NCBI GenBank assembly: GCA_965235115.1
Contig: OZ249441.1
Coordinates: forward strand, 25,296,001-25,360,000
Origin: Laetmonice hystrix
Lineage: Eukaryota
Direction of reading: 5' to 3'
Length of the DNA stretch: 64,000 nucleotides
The notes below the pieces were generated by a model, which made no database searches, was not told the DNA's origin, and saw only the letters and a list, made by a program, of their open reading frames with translations. A program made the translations under genes and the position numbers. Of the stretch, positions 13,672 to 26,319 are shown piece by piece. The stretch's first letter is position 1. Each line of letters opens with the position of its first letter.

Positions 13672-14557
13672 ACCATGACGGGGTCCGCTGACCAGTGGTC
13701 AGTAGGTAATCACCCACTGTCACGGTAAGTCCCCAGGCTCCAGGCGTTGAAGGATTGACCCTTAGACGGTGATAACTGGGACAATTAATGTCAGTGTAAA
13801 TCTACAGCTAATGCACCTCTGTAGGCAGCTAACCAGATCTTTTGGGATGGGGATTTTGTGTGTGTGTGATTTTAAAGTCCATAAAAGAAGTAAAGAAATT
13901 ACGCTTCTACCGTACTTTGTTTTGAAAGTACGCGGTCGTCGATCTCTTTAACTTAAGTGGACATGTACCGGTATTTAATTCATATGCTGGTTAAATATTT
14001 CCAATATTTTTCATGAAAGATATCGAGTTGTTTGTGTTTGAAATCCAAGTTTATAATTAAGGGTTGTAGTGTGTTGGGCGACTCCCAAGAATTGCGCCCT
14101 AGATCCCAAATAAGGGTGATCAATGAAGTCGGGATACGGGCGGTATTGGCATCCACCTGTCCCACCGCAACCTCATTCTTGGCTTTAATCAGAGCGGCCA
14201 CTGCCAGGTGATCAAAGTTTAATAGCGGCAGGTGAGGGATTACCTTTCCCCGTCAATACTGGATGAGCCGGTTATTTATTGTTCCGTAGAGCAGCCCGGG
14301 GGAGAGCGACAGTCTTTGTTCAGGGTTGGCTGAAAGGGGGAAATGGAGTCTCAAAGTGTTTGAAATACTAATGTCTTAATTTAACTCAGAAAGTTTTCTC
14401 TTCCTCGCTCTCACTCTCTAATTAATGTCAGGTAGCTCGACAGTTGGGTTTCGCGAGGAGTAGGAAAGGGATTTATTGAAAGCAGTCACATTAGAACACT
14501 AATATACTGAGATGTTAAACCGCCAACGAATTACGCCGACATTATTTTACTAAGTAA

Positions 14558-15231
14558 AGCCTAGGTCCCACTAGGAGATACGACAACTTACAACAGGTTG
14601 CGACTAGGCTGCGACTAAAATCCCAGGCAATCTTATAAAAGTCCTGACACAAGTCCTCGGTGGTCGTGGGGAGTCCTCCATAATCACACGATCAAAATCC
14701 ATCGCAGGGAGGTTGTTGATCATGTGCAACAACCTGCCTGCGACTGAAGTAGTCGCATCCTGTCGCATCATGTCGCATCCTGTCACATCCTCTCGCATTC
14801 TCTCGCATCCTAGTCGCCAGTTGTCGTGCGATGGTTGGGGGACAAATCTCTGGTGGTCCTTCATTGTCGTGGGTGATAGTAAGAAACTCTTGTCGTAGGA
14901 CAATCGCACGACTGCCCCTGACCACTGGTACGACCTGTCGTGCGACCAGGCCTGATTGGACGACGAGCAGTCACAGGAGGTCGGCACATGTCTCACAATT
15001 GGTCATGGCCAGTTGTGCGTCAGGGCCTTATCACTCGTACGTGGTCCTGGGTAATCGTGCCGGAGTCGGGCGATTAGTGGTGCTATCAGTCGGTAACAGG
15101 TCTCACGACTGGTCTTACAATGTGAAAGGTACATTCAAATCGCAATAAATATGGACGACTACCCACGATCAGCCCTAGTCGCACGACTGAACTGATCGCA
15201 GGGAATCGCAGGTCCTAGTGGGACCTAGGCT
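14558..15231. mobile_element. Non-autonomous PIF/Harbinger-type DNA transposon (674 bp)
   Basis: Perfect 19-bp TIR AGCCTAGGTCCCACTAGGA (14558-14576) / TCCTAGTGGGACCTAGGCT (15213-15231). TAA TSD on both sides (14555-14557, 15232-15234), and a TWA TSD is the established Harbinger signature. The interior is rich in CGAC/GTCG(CA) motifs and has no transposase ORF. Confidence 0.88.
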
Positions 15232-18200
15232 TAAGACTTCTAGTCTCAGCTCATATGCTGAAGATTTAGGTGACTGTTAAAACAAACATTATCATTCCTA
15301 TATGGATGACTGAAGAATTTATCAGGTATTGTGCATATTGAGTGGATGCCTGTTGTGTTTGGTGGGGGTTATGGGTTGTACCCTTGAGGGACTTATGAGG
15401 TCTGTGGTTTGTAATGATGATAATGATGAGCCGTGGAGCGCCCAGCCACAAACCTAACTGAGAGGACACATGGGACATCGACCCCATTGCCGGGGGGCAG
15501 CGTGAGTCCCACGGCGACACCGCAGTCGATTAAACCCAGCTAAATGGGGGAAAGATGACAGTGGCAGTTGTCCGAACACAAATGGCGGTTGTCAGCCACA
15601 AAGGTGACCAAACATAACATATGGCGGCCCTCCGCCCCACTTCAGTGCACATGTAGTACCGCCGGTGACCGCCAGGTGGAGGCCAGGGTGATAATGTTCA
15701 CAGTTCCTGACCAGGTCTGCATTGATTAGTGGCGCTTTCCGTAACCATACTTTGGACGCAACTCCACAAGTCTGTTCCGAAAGTTCGTGGGCGTTAAACA
15801 GTATTAGATTAACTCTACTTGCAGGAACTGAAGAATGGGTCGAGTGAACCTATACGGGAAAGGACAAAGGATTCGACTACAGTTACGAGGCTACTGTGAT
15901 AAGTCATATGGTAATTGTTTTGACACGCAGTACCAGTGCTGTTAGAAACCAGCGACTTCAGTTTTGTTTTCTAGGAGACGTAAATAGGTATATAGCATGA
16001 TAAGTGTTCCAACAGATGTGTTCTGACCCTGTTAGGAGAGCTATTATTGGACACCATCCGTTATGTGATATTCAGAACCCATCCTCGTATCAACCCCACC
16101 TCTCTCTCTCTATCCTTTCAACCCTTGGCACTCACTGCCAACCACCAACCCTCACCCAGACCAGAAGTCTGAAATAATCAGATGATATCTTTTATTGTTC
16201 CATATATTCAGCAATATACATGTACGTTATTATACATGCGCGCTTTCAGATTATTTACATAGCAGTGCATTATCTTAGTTCTCGTAGCAGCTAAATATAT
16301 ATCTGAAAGGTTACTCCTAAAATAATTCATTATACAACGATGTGCATGCGTCTCACCATGATCCATCTTTGATCGGTGATGAAGAAGCAGATAAATCTTT
16401 TTTGTAGCAACATGATCTCGAGGAGGATAAGTGGGAAGAAATTGTCCTGTTAAAGTACTTTGAACGCCTTTAAAACATATAAAAGGAGCGACGGGACAGT
16501 GAGGATTATGTGATGCTCAAAGCGGGGTTCTCGACGGACGGGGAGGAGCAGCCATGTAGGACGGCGAGAGGCCATGCACCTACCCGGCACTACCGTCGGT
16601 CTCCCCCCGCCCGCTGTCTCCCCTCCCCGGCCTGCGGCGAGTCATACACACCGACTGCCAGCTCAACCCGATAGGCCATTCCAGTCGTCGATGGCTGAAA
16701 ATAAAGACAAGAAAAATAAACAACACAACGACATCAATCGACGGCGTAAATGGACTCAAACCAACCGTACACCGGCTGTTCTCGGCAACACGGTACAAGG
16801 CTGGAAATTATGATCAGAAAAATCTGAAGCCGGGGTCGGCCCTCATGATCGGGGATACTGGTAGAGATCATGGATCTAGCTCGGATCATTCTGGTTTATA
16901 CTCTCGTGATGTATCGAGACCTGCTTTAAAAGATAGACATAAATAATGATGTGAGGTTGATGTATAACGGCCTAATATACCGGGGTACTGCATATATGAA
17001 ATTTATAAGACTACCTCGATTAGATTTATGTCAGGCGTTGGATTTCGTTAGTAGTATAGGCAACTGTAACCGAGTTAATGTTAAGGACAACCTAATTCCT
17101 CTATAAAAGTCTCATTTTCAAGTAGGAAAGTACCGGTAGAGGTTTCACTTGCCAGGATAATTTCAAATTAGGTAGAAATCTGTGTACTATACGAGAGTAT
17201 TTCCTGTGGGGGTTGGAAGGAAAATCTTTGTCAAAGTCTCCAAAGACGGGGGTACACTAAGAATGTAACCCCCAAAGGAACAATTAAAGAAACCAAACAC
17301 CTAGCTATCATAGTCTTGTGTAGAGTCGATAGACACTGATCAAACAGGATCGAACTTGGCACTGGCTATCGCTGACGAGAAGGTCGTGTGTGGAGATTGA
17401 TCTATGATATCCTGTAGTAGCTGAGTGGTCATCATTGGTCGTGAAGTGATCATTATCAGAGACCAGGCGCTCAGGGGTATGACCAGTCGTGGTCAGTGTC
17501 TTGGTCATCAATGGGCCTGAGATTGGTCAGGCAGTGCCAGCTGGTATTAATAGCCGCCGATCCACACCAACAGTGGTTCCAAAACGGATTACATTGGGAA
17601 TCGGTACTAGTTCATACCGAGAACACACACACGTATACTTCAACCAAGTTAAGACATCAAGGACCGTTTATTAGATGTACAAGGCACCAACCAGGTATGG
17701 ACCAAAACGATAGAATCAAGAGATGCTGGCAAAGTTCCCCCTGGTATACTGAGACGTGTGAACGGAGCGGACTGGGGTACGATCAACCGCCGGCTGAGAT
17801 CCAACATGGCCCGCCCGGCCATGAGGTGTGTACTGCGTGCCGCACACAGCGCTGTAAACACGTGACTCCTCACCAAGTCTGAAACCTTCATCAACACTTA
17901 TCAAAACTGATCTCACCGATTTCATGTCTCGCTTTACACCGTGAACTTTTTAATTTTTTTTTTTTTTTTATTACGTGAGAGTTAACCAAGATGAGAGCCA
18001 CACCTGTCCAGGGCAAACAATGAGAGAAATACAAAGGTGAGGAATTTATCTTTTGAGAATAGTATTGTTTAGAGCTATTGCATGCAGTGAACCTTTGTCA
18101 ATGGTGCTGCAATACTTACACCCCTTTTGGGAATTTAAAAGTATAGATCATCTGTACCACACTCCCTTCCCAAACCGGCTTCTTTGAATAGTCTTGGGAG

Positions 18201-18563
18201 CACAGCTGGAGGCTTCTTGCAGATCGCGGACTTCAATGTGGAGAATGAATTCCTCTACACTGTTCTTGTGTACATTTTCAGGTGTACTTCCGCTATTTGA
18301 CCATCCACAGACTATTTTGGGCAACCTAGCATGATTGGTAGTGCTTTTTGCATGTCACATCACATGGCATGAAATGTGGAGCCAATGCTCCACTCCGTAT
18401 CAAGAACTAGTACATCCAGACATGTATGTCAGCATGAGAAGTCATTGGATAGTTGGACTAGGGCCAGATCCTACTAGGATATGTCAAATTTAGTATCAGA
18501 ACGATTTTACAGTAATGGTTGACGAAACGAAGTGAAAAGTGGCCATGTATACTGCAGCGGCAT

Positions 18564-18780
18564 GATGAAGAAGAAGAAGAAGATGATGAAGATGATGAAG
18601 ATAAAGATACAGATGAAGAAAATGAAGAAGAAGAAAATGAAGAAGAAAATGAAGAAGATGACGATGAAAAGAAGAAGAAAATGAAGAACAAGAAGGAGAA
18701 CAACAAGAAGAAGAAAATCAAGAAGAAGAAAGTCAAAAAGAAGAAAATGAAAAAAATGAAGAAAAGAGGAAAACAAAAAC
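18564..18780 (+). repeat. Degenerate (GAA/GAT/AAG)n trinucleotide microsatellite
   Basis: About 215 bp of GAA/GAT/AAT/AAG triplets with strong purine strand bias. It explains the poly-E/D/K and poly-S/F ORFs in the track. Confidence 0.92.
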
Positions 18781-21143
18781 AAAGGATGATTGCATTGATA
18801 TTGGGAGTGCTGATGTTTCTGTCTGTTTCACATTTCTTTACTTTGAAAACTGTTGTTTATAGGGGAAGTTAGCTTTTCATTGTTGTATGCAGAACTATAC
18901 ATGTCATTCTTCCTTTGTATGCCCACTATGGTGGCAACAGTGGCAATAATGTTTGAATCATATTTCTTTGAAGGATTGTATAGAACAAGGACTCGGTATC
19001 AGGTACTAAGCTTCAATCATGAATAGATTCTGTTTGGAAGTTGGTTTCACCGTGTAATTACTTTTCACAAATCCATTCATTTACAGGTTGTGCTGAAATA
19101 GAAGTTTTAAATTACCAAAGGCTTGGTCGATTATATCATCGAAAACCTTTGGCAATGTTATCAGATACCAATGTGTGTCAGCAGGTACTGTAAACATGTA
19201 GGTGAACACAGAAGATTGCATCAGGGCTGGCTGTATTCCAACAGTCGGTTGTCGAGTACCATCCAAGTTGAAGCCATGCACCTTCAATCGTGACCACAAA
19301 CCAGAGTCGTTTCGGTGCACTCCACCATTTGCCCCTGCATGTTTGGGTCATATTTTCCCCGATGCTGCAGAGTCCATTTAAAATTGCAATGTCAAGAGAC
19401 GTATGCATCTGTTAGTGATTGACAGGTAGCCTTCCCCCTGCGCACCCAAATCGCCCACAATTTGGGCTTTTTATGTAACAATCCCGCCTGCACAACCGGC
19501 AACTATTGCTGGGAAAATATAGACAAATTTACTCGTCACTAATATAAAGAAAATAGAAAATAGTTTCGTGAGATTCTCCAGTTGAAAGTGGAAAGTGTTG
19601 TTATTTTAATAATGGCAATCTTCGAAAATAGATAGGGTGCTCTCTGGAATAAATTCTGTTAACTTTTAACAGTTATTTTTGTGAGTGAAATAGAATGGTA
19701 AAACCGATATATCGGGTGTATCTATACATTTGTTCTATGTGTGTGCATAAAAAAAGAAAGAAAATTATCCGAAGGATAACAGAAATCTGCAGTTTAAGCA
19801 TATTTCTTGGAACTTCCCAGATAGGCAACTTTTAGAAACTTCGATTATTCGACCGAAAGCCCGACTGGTCTCATTTGATGGAGTGACTCGTACATCCAGT
19901 TCGGCGAGATAAAAGCAAAGGACAAAAGCGTATGATTGCCATAATCAGCAATTGTAAATGGACACAAATTCTGCAGAAATTGGTTGAAATTGGACTTGTC
20001 GGAAAGCAGCGGTGAGATTATGCACGATACCAGGGGAAGGCCATTGGTTTTATAATTGTGTCCGAGCTGGATCCATCAGGAGCTGGTTAGGGATTGGTTC
20101 AGAGAGAGGAAACCCGCCGCAAGCACGGTCCTTGATGGCCCCACGCCGTCAGGCTGGGAACGATCGCCCAGCAGCCGCAGCAGGAAGTCCATCGCGTTAT
20201 AGCATACGATTAAACAAACATGACGAAAATGGAACACTGAAAGGACCGGCGGTTCAGGCAGGTAAGACGGACTCAGCGGTCCCTTTTATGGGTCGTGTAC
20301 GCCCCTGGTCTGAACTCTTGATGGCTACTGAACCTGGACTAGGAGGGTCAAGTCAATGTCCATGAAGAGCGCTCAAAGCCAAGGTCTAGCCACATCACCA
20401 TAAAGTATAACCACTGACAGCACCGATACAAAGGGGCTTACAGATGGGACCATAATCAAGGGACAAATTGACAATACAAACCACCCAATGAAATAAGTAC
20501 ATTTGTCCATATGCAGCAATGTGTTGGATTATGGGGGAAGTTTGTAGCAAAAGAAGAGCTTACATGAATTGTATTCACTGTGCTGTTGATGTGAAAGGTT
20601 CGGTGTGAGTGCATGAGAAATCTTCTATTGAGACGAGGCATCATTATCACAATGACCGATGATAATGTTGGGGTGTCATAATAGCACTGGGTTTCATCTC
20701 GGCTTGCATTCATCAGTCGTGGCCATTTTCACCGCTACATTCTTGAGCTTCCCCACCTCGGACAGCCTGCGGTTGCTGGCCAAAGTTTAAATTGGCACTA
20801 GCTCTAAGGTCATCAAGGGCTTGGAGGGCGTGAGAATCCACGTCTTTATATATGTATATATAAGCTGCTGAGTTTGGTTTGGCTTGACTGGCGCCCTACA
20901 GTGAGATAACGTCTTTTGTGCTTCAGTATACTGTGTGGATATATGTCGCCAGCATAATTTGTGACATGTTGTGTGTAGGACTTGAATCCCAACAATGAAA
21001 GTTCCTAACCCACACTCATACTGACATTTATGGCAAACTTTTGAGGAAGACAAATATCCTTTTTGTTGTGGAAGAGGTATGTACAGGTCATAGGCGCTTT
21101 CTACTAAAGACCACATTGATAATTATACCACTCTTAGTTGGGA

Positions 21144-21363
21144 TGGCTCCGAAAATGTTTGGCAAAATGTTACATGCTGATCTTCATGGGTTTGGCATAC
21201 ATCTGCAAATATTCCAGCCGGTTGGCGTATGGGTATTTATTATCAGATGTGTGGTAGATAGAGGAAAACAACATCGCAGGAGGTTCTTTGATAAGTATTT
21301 CAACATATGTCGCTTTGAGAATTCAGTTATTGTTGAGTCAGCATAATGCACTCGGTCCGCCAT
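21144..21363 (-). pseudogene. Possible decayed RING/B-box (TRIM-like) zinc-finger relic
   Basis: Minus strand: ATG at 21363, then fragments in different frames. SDIC*NTY / KEP resembles a RING start (CxICLxTYKEP), and VCQTHEDQHVTFCQTFSEP (21197-21144) resembles B-box CxxHx7-8CxxCxxP with one Cys replaced by TTT. Several stops and frameshifts are needed, and the match is by eye only. Confidence 0.25.
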
Positions 21364-24300
21364 CCTTTTGGCTCTCTATGAAAAAGGGTAGGAGAGGTAG
21401 GAGATAGAGAACATCACCAAAGATACTCCGATGCCAAGATATGTATTTTGTCATGCGCATGATGCCACAGAACTGTAGCACAGGCAAAGTACGATCTATA
21501 GCTCCAAGAAATTACTTGATACGTGATCGACCTTAAGCAGTGGGCCTGTTCCTCGTGGAAACATCGCCAGATTAAGTCTAATGTTGACTTTATTGTTGAC
21601 TAGGCCCAGACATGATAACAAACAACAGAACAGAGGACAATGGAAAACCTGCCTCCAGTTTGTATTACATACGCTGCCATTCTCTTGTACGATCACATGG
21701 CGCCATGCCTGAAGTAAGCCTTGCACGCAACATGCACATCTGAACCTTGATGCGGCAGAAATGGCAGGATCAGGACCAGAAGAGGACTCTGCTTCTGCCA
21801 CATCTTTTTCCCCGCATTTCTATTTTTGTTCCTGGAGTAAATGATAAAATGTTCATGATCAGCTGGTATTAATGTAAGACGAAAAAGAGATTGAGTTTGA
21901 ATGAATGGAGAAGGCCGATTTCAGAAGAATAATTGGAGAGCACTGGCAGTGTCTCGGCAGTTTATACTACTGAGGCTTTGTTTAATGTCAAAGAGATACT
22001 TTCATTTGAATGGCTGTAGAGCAAATATTATTTGAGACCTGAAACTGTTTTGTATGAAGTTCCTCTCATATTGCTCGAGAACTTGGGAAAGAGGGAGACA
22101 GTAGCTGTATCAAGTGAATCCGGCAACAAATTTTGATCCTGCTAGTAAACTAATTTTTAACTGAAGATTGTGTTTGAAGGGCGGCAGGCTGAGATCGCTG
22201 TTGAAATGAACGTGGTCGTTTTTCCTTGCAGTCATTCATGAGATCATCAGCTGGTACCTGTTAACGAAAAAGTCTCCTAGTGTTGCCACAAAGGTCGGCC
22301 CACATGTGGTCCGCGCGGTGCCACTTTGGAGACCCCACGTTGAAAAGTCATCGAGTCATGTTACAACCGGGGCATTGCAGTGTGCGTAACCCAAGTTGGC
22401 TTGACAACACACCTGAGGTAATCACTGCGATTCACCTGGCCAGGCCATGGCACACGTGGACTATTAACAGCAGCTCCCTTCCTTGGAAACCAGAGGGAAA
22501 TCCTGATGGAGCCATTTTGGGACATATGTTTCCATCTTTTAAATCAATTTCCCCAGAAGAATTTAGGCGTAGATGTTGATTAAGTGTAATTTAAGAAACT
22601 TACCTGAAATATTATGCTAGAATAATATGTCTAATGATATGTAAATTTGAATAATTTTATGTGATGATAATTTCATATGCATGCTTGAATTCTCCCAGAT
22701 ATCCTGTCGTTTGGCGGTTCGGTGTACATTTTTTATGTATTTTGTATCAAGCAGTATGATTTTGGTAACTGTGCTGGGTTCCGTATAATCTCGGTCTGTT
22801 GCCGTCGGTGATTGACATACCTCATTAGCTGACGTGCTTTGTGGTCCGCACTAATTGTTGTCCCTCAAGAGTCAGTTGGTAGCAACCCACGTCCTTTGTC
22901 AAATTTCGGCTGCTATAGTTATCGCTGTCAGATTATCACAGCTCTTCAGTCAAGAGTAATGATGGCAAACTTCTTGCCAGAAAGTGAAATTTGATAAGGT
23001 TACGTTCAGTGCGGAGTCTTTTGAACCAAAGACTTTGATGTCGTAATTAACGTGTTATCTGCAGATTGGACATGAGCCACCTAATGTGTTTTGTCTGCCT
23101 TTGCTATGTCACAAATTACTCGACAGAGAAAGATTAAATTGCTCATTTTTTATAATAATAAGAAGGTTATTTATGAGCTGTGTCCTCCCTTCTGTTCCTC
23201 TGATTATAAATGTAGTGGCCTGCTTAATTGAAGGAATATATTATATTTTTAGTAATGATATCTTTTTGGATACAGTCAATGTACTTCAAAAATATTATGA
23301 TTTCTGAGTTTGAGATAACAGGCTGCTGTGAGGTCGGTACTCAGCTCGTCTAGGTACATGGTCGGTTGAACCTTCTATACCAGCTCACCACATCCATGAT
23401 TCACATGGCGTTTGTAAACTCTGACTGCCAGTTTTAATTACATAAGATCACCTTAAGGAATGTTTGTGTAAGCTGAGTAAGTGATGCATGTGGCTAATTA
23501 CCGCTTTTACTGTGTATCCCGTTACCAAAGACCGAAGGATATTGATACAAGCGGGAAGGTTGCTCTGGGCACCGGCTGCACCGCCTGCCCGCGCCGGCCG
23601 AGCGCGGGACACAGGCGGCCCTTGTCCCAAGGTTTTTGATGTTGGCTTTTCCCCAAGCTTTGTTGTTGTGAAAAAATATTATTCTGAAGTCAGCTATTTT
23701 TAATTCTTTGAAAAAGGTTTTAGCTATGTCTTTGATGGTATTAATCGTTGAATTCTCCGTAGAATTGGACATTTTCCCTACTTTTCAAAAATGTTAAGAT
23801 ACGTCTTTCGTCCCTCCCTTGTACATATTCACCATTATATAGATCTTACAATAATCGCACCATATCTGGGATACGAAGAAGAAAGGATTGGATTAATTCG
23901 TTTTCTAAACAAAAATCTATACGAGCGTTCTACTGTTGAAATAAAACGTGTTATCTGATGAACTATTGTGGATGTAATCTCAGTGAGCTGATTCTATGGA
24001 TTAGGGGTCATATACCTTGCTGCACTCTCCCGTATATGATGACAAGTTTAGAAGGAAGCAGCAGGCTGGTTTCCGAGGGAACAGGTGTATAATGATATGA
24101 TTGATGAGCTCACAGCTCAAGAGGTTAACTCGAGGGTGGTAGAGCATGACCAACAAAACACCATACCTGAGACAGCGGACTGGAGCATGAAATGAGACAC
24201 CACACCCTCTATATACCACCACCCCGAGCCTTGCTGTTGAAAATAAATCTACTTTATCAATAACTTTATAGTAGATTAAATCCCCGGTTGGCCTTCCCAG

Positions 24301-24373
24301 TTTCTTTCCATAGTTCGCTGACCGAAAGACAAAACAAGCACGGGCTGCAATGTGTATATTTCAAGTAGACATC

Positions 24374-24535
24374 GAATCAGTGTCAACAATATACAAGTGG
24401 GAGCTGGGGGGGTGCTCAGTTTTTTTTGTTTTTTTTATTGGTTCCACAACAATCGCCTAGGTTGGCGGTCTTCCTTGTGTGGGAATCAGTGTCAACAATA
24501 TACAAGTGGGAGCTGGGGGGGGGGGGTGCTCAGTT
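24374..24535 (-). mobile_element. ~61-bp poly(A)-tailed insertion (24422-24482) flanked by a ~48-bp direct repeat
   Basis: GAATCAGTGTCAACAATATACAAGTGGGAGCTG(n)TGCTCAGTT is present at 24374-24421 and 24483-24535, and only the G-run length differs. On the minus strand the insert ends ...GGAACCAATAAAAAAAACAAAAAAAA. Confidence 0.65.
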
Positions 24536-26319
24536 CTCGATTTACCCTGTATTCCCAAGAAAATATTTTTAAAAATATAGGGAAACCTTTCGATTTCGTT
24601 TAAATTTTGCGCATCTTCGCGAGGAAATATTAATTTGAATCAACCGTATACAGTTAAAGGATAGTGCCTTATTGAATACTGACGCCTCGTTCAGGGGACA
24701 AAATGCCTGTAATTGGCTTAAACTGATCAGAGGCAAAACAACCTTTAATTTAGATTAACAATGACGAATTTTTCGATTTTTAGACAATGGTTTTCATTCT
24801 TTGCACCAATCACCCCTTACATATTTAATTGCAGCTGTTATAAAGTGGACCCTTTGCTGTTCTCTCGTTTTGGAGAGTGCACAAATTACGCCTTTATAGT
24901 AAGGGGCGTTCCTGTTTATCATATAAATAAACGCCATTGGCATGATTCATGTGAAATGTGAGTATTAACACCAAATTACGGGTTGGGTTTTCCGATCTGG
25001 CAATGATTGCCAATGGAGAGATCATGCACTTAATTCCATCTCCCCTCACGTACCACCGACAACATCCCCCAGACCTACGAGCATTGTTTGCTTCCGTAAA
25101 CCACATCCCTACAGACACAGGGGGCGGCAGGTGACGAGGCCAGATAATACAGCATCATCTCAGCCGCTGCAACCAACAATTCCTGCTTCATTAACATTCA
25201 CAAAGTTTGGTCTCTTTGTTAGAAGTGACAATGAACGTTTAATGCCATATATGAAATAAGTAAAGAGTATAGGAAATTCCCAGAAAATGCATTGAAAAGA
25301 GCGTATATAAAAGAAGTAACCTTCAAATAACACATACCGGTAATTTATTTTTACCTAGTCGCCTTTAATGAAAAAGAAAAAAAAATAGGTTGACCATGAG
25401 CATGGCGTATAATAGGCAGGTATGACTTTAACAAAATACGCATGTATAATTTCTAGGAGTCAAAGACTTTCGTACACAAATTTTGATAAATAGCGTTAAA
25501 TCTGGATGTAGCTGATCATGTGTGGCAATGACTGCATGTACTGAATGGTTCAAGCTTGAAGTTTACCATAGATGAAAACCTGGAAGGAATGATGCCAAGG
25601 TAGTTATAACAGGGCCAGTCTGAGGAGACCGCAGGCTATAGGATTGTTACATTGATCAGGGAGTGAGTTTACTGTTCAGGTAACCTCCTCGTCTACCTCC
25701 ACCTGCCAGCCACCGGTGCACCTTTCCGCCAGGTACTGGCACACCTTGTCCCCTTCGGTACTGAAGTCAGGGGAGGGGGTGCACCTGGCCGCCGCGGCTT
25801 AATGGGAAGAGAGCATTAAGGGGTCACAGGAGGAACATTAAGAGCAGGAGGGGTGGCGACTAAGTGGTGTCCATGGCGACCAGGGATGTCCAACAAGGCT
25901 GGAGACGTGGGAGTAATGAATCGCTCGACTCGGACATGAGATTGTGTTTGGTGGCCAGGGCGGGGGTTATTGAGGGATGGAGGTCACAGGGGTGATCAGC
26001 CACGAATGTCTCTTCCAGATGAAATCATTCTGAGGGGTGGGGGAGGGGCGAATACTGTATAAGATACCAAATTGATCCAAATTTTAAAATCAGGGATAAG
26101 GTAGGTGAAATAAGCAACTTTGCCTGATTGAGAAGGTGTAAATTATCCCTCCCTTATATCGGATGATTAGCTCCGTTGTTACCGCACGTTCTACATGTCG
26201 CGACCGCGGCGGTATTGGCAAGAAACTGTGCGGGTGTGTGTCGTATACTAGTCCAGATGGGAATGATGGGTTGAGTTGCGGGAAAGGGGTGGTGCTCTGT
26301 GAAAGGTATAGGCGGGAGG

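Noticed and set aside
17574-17585. Homeobox (WFQN motif)
   Set aside because: The flanking residues (DPHQQ-WFQN-GLHW) lack the helix-3 pattern and the basic RRxK tail, so this is a chance 4-mer.
18458-18872. Acidic/basic 117-aa protein
   Set aside because: It is a degenerate GAA microsatellite with an internal frame shift from Glu/Asp to Lys, and there are no splice or domain signals.
19427-20044. MITE bounded by GCCTTCCCC/GGGGAAGGC
   Set aside because: The inverted match is short, does not extend inward and has no TSD.
20792-20802. miR-96/182-like seed TTGGCACTAGC
   Set aside because: The match stops after 11 nt and no precursor hairpin forms.
21944-21953. miR-34-like TGGCAGTGTC
   Set aside because: The 3' half does not match and there is no pre-miRNA fold.
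23494-23772. GPCR-like N-terminus (MSNSTENSTINT)
   Set aside because: No hydrophobic transmembrane segment follows and there is no usable splice donor evidence.
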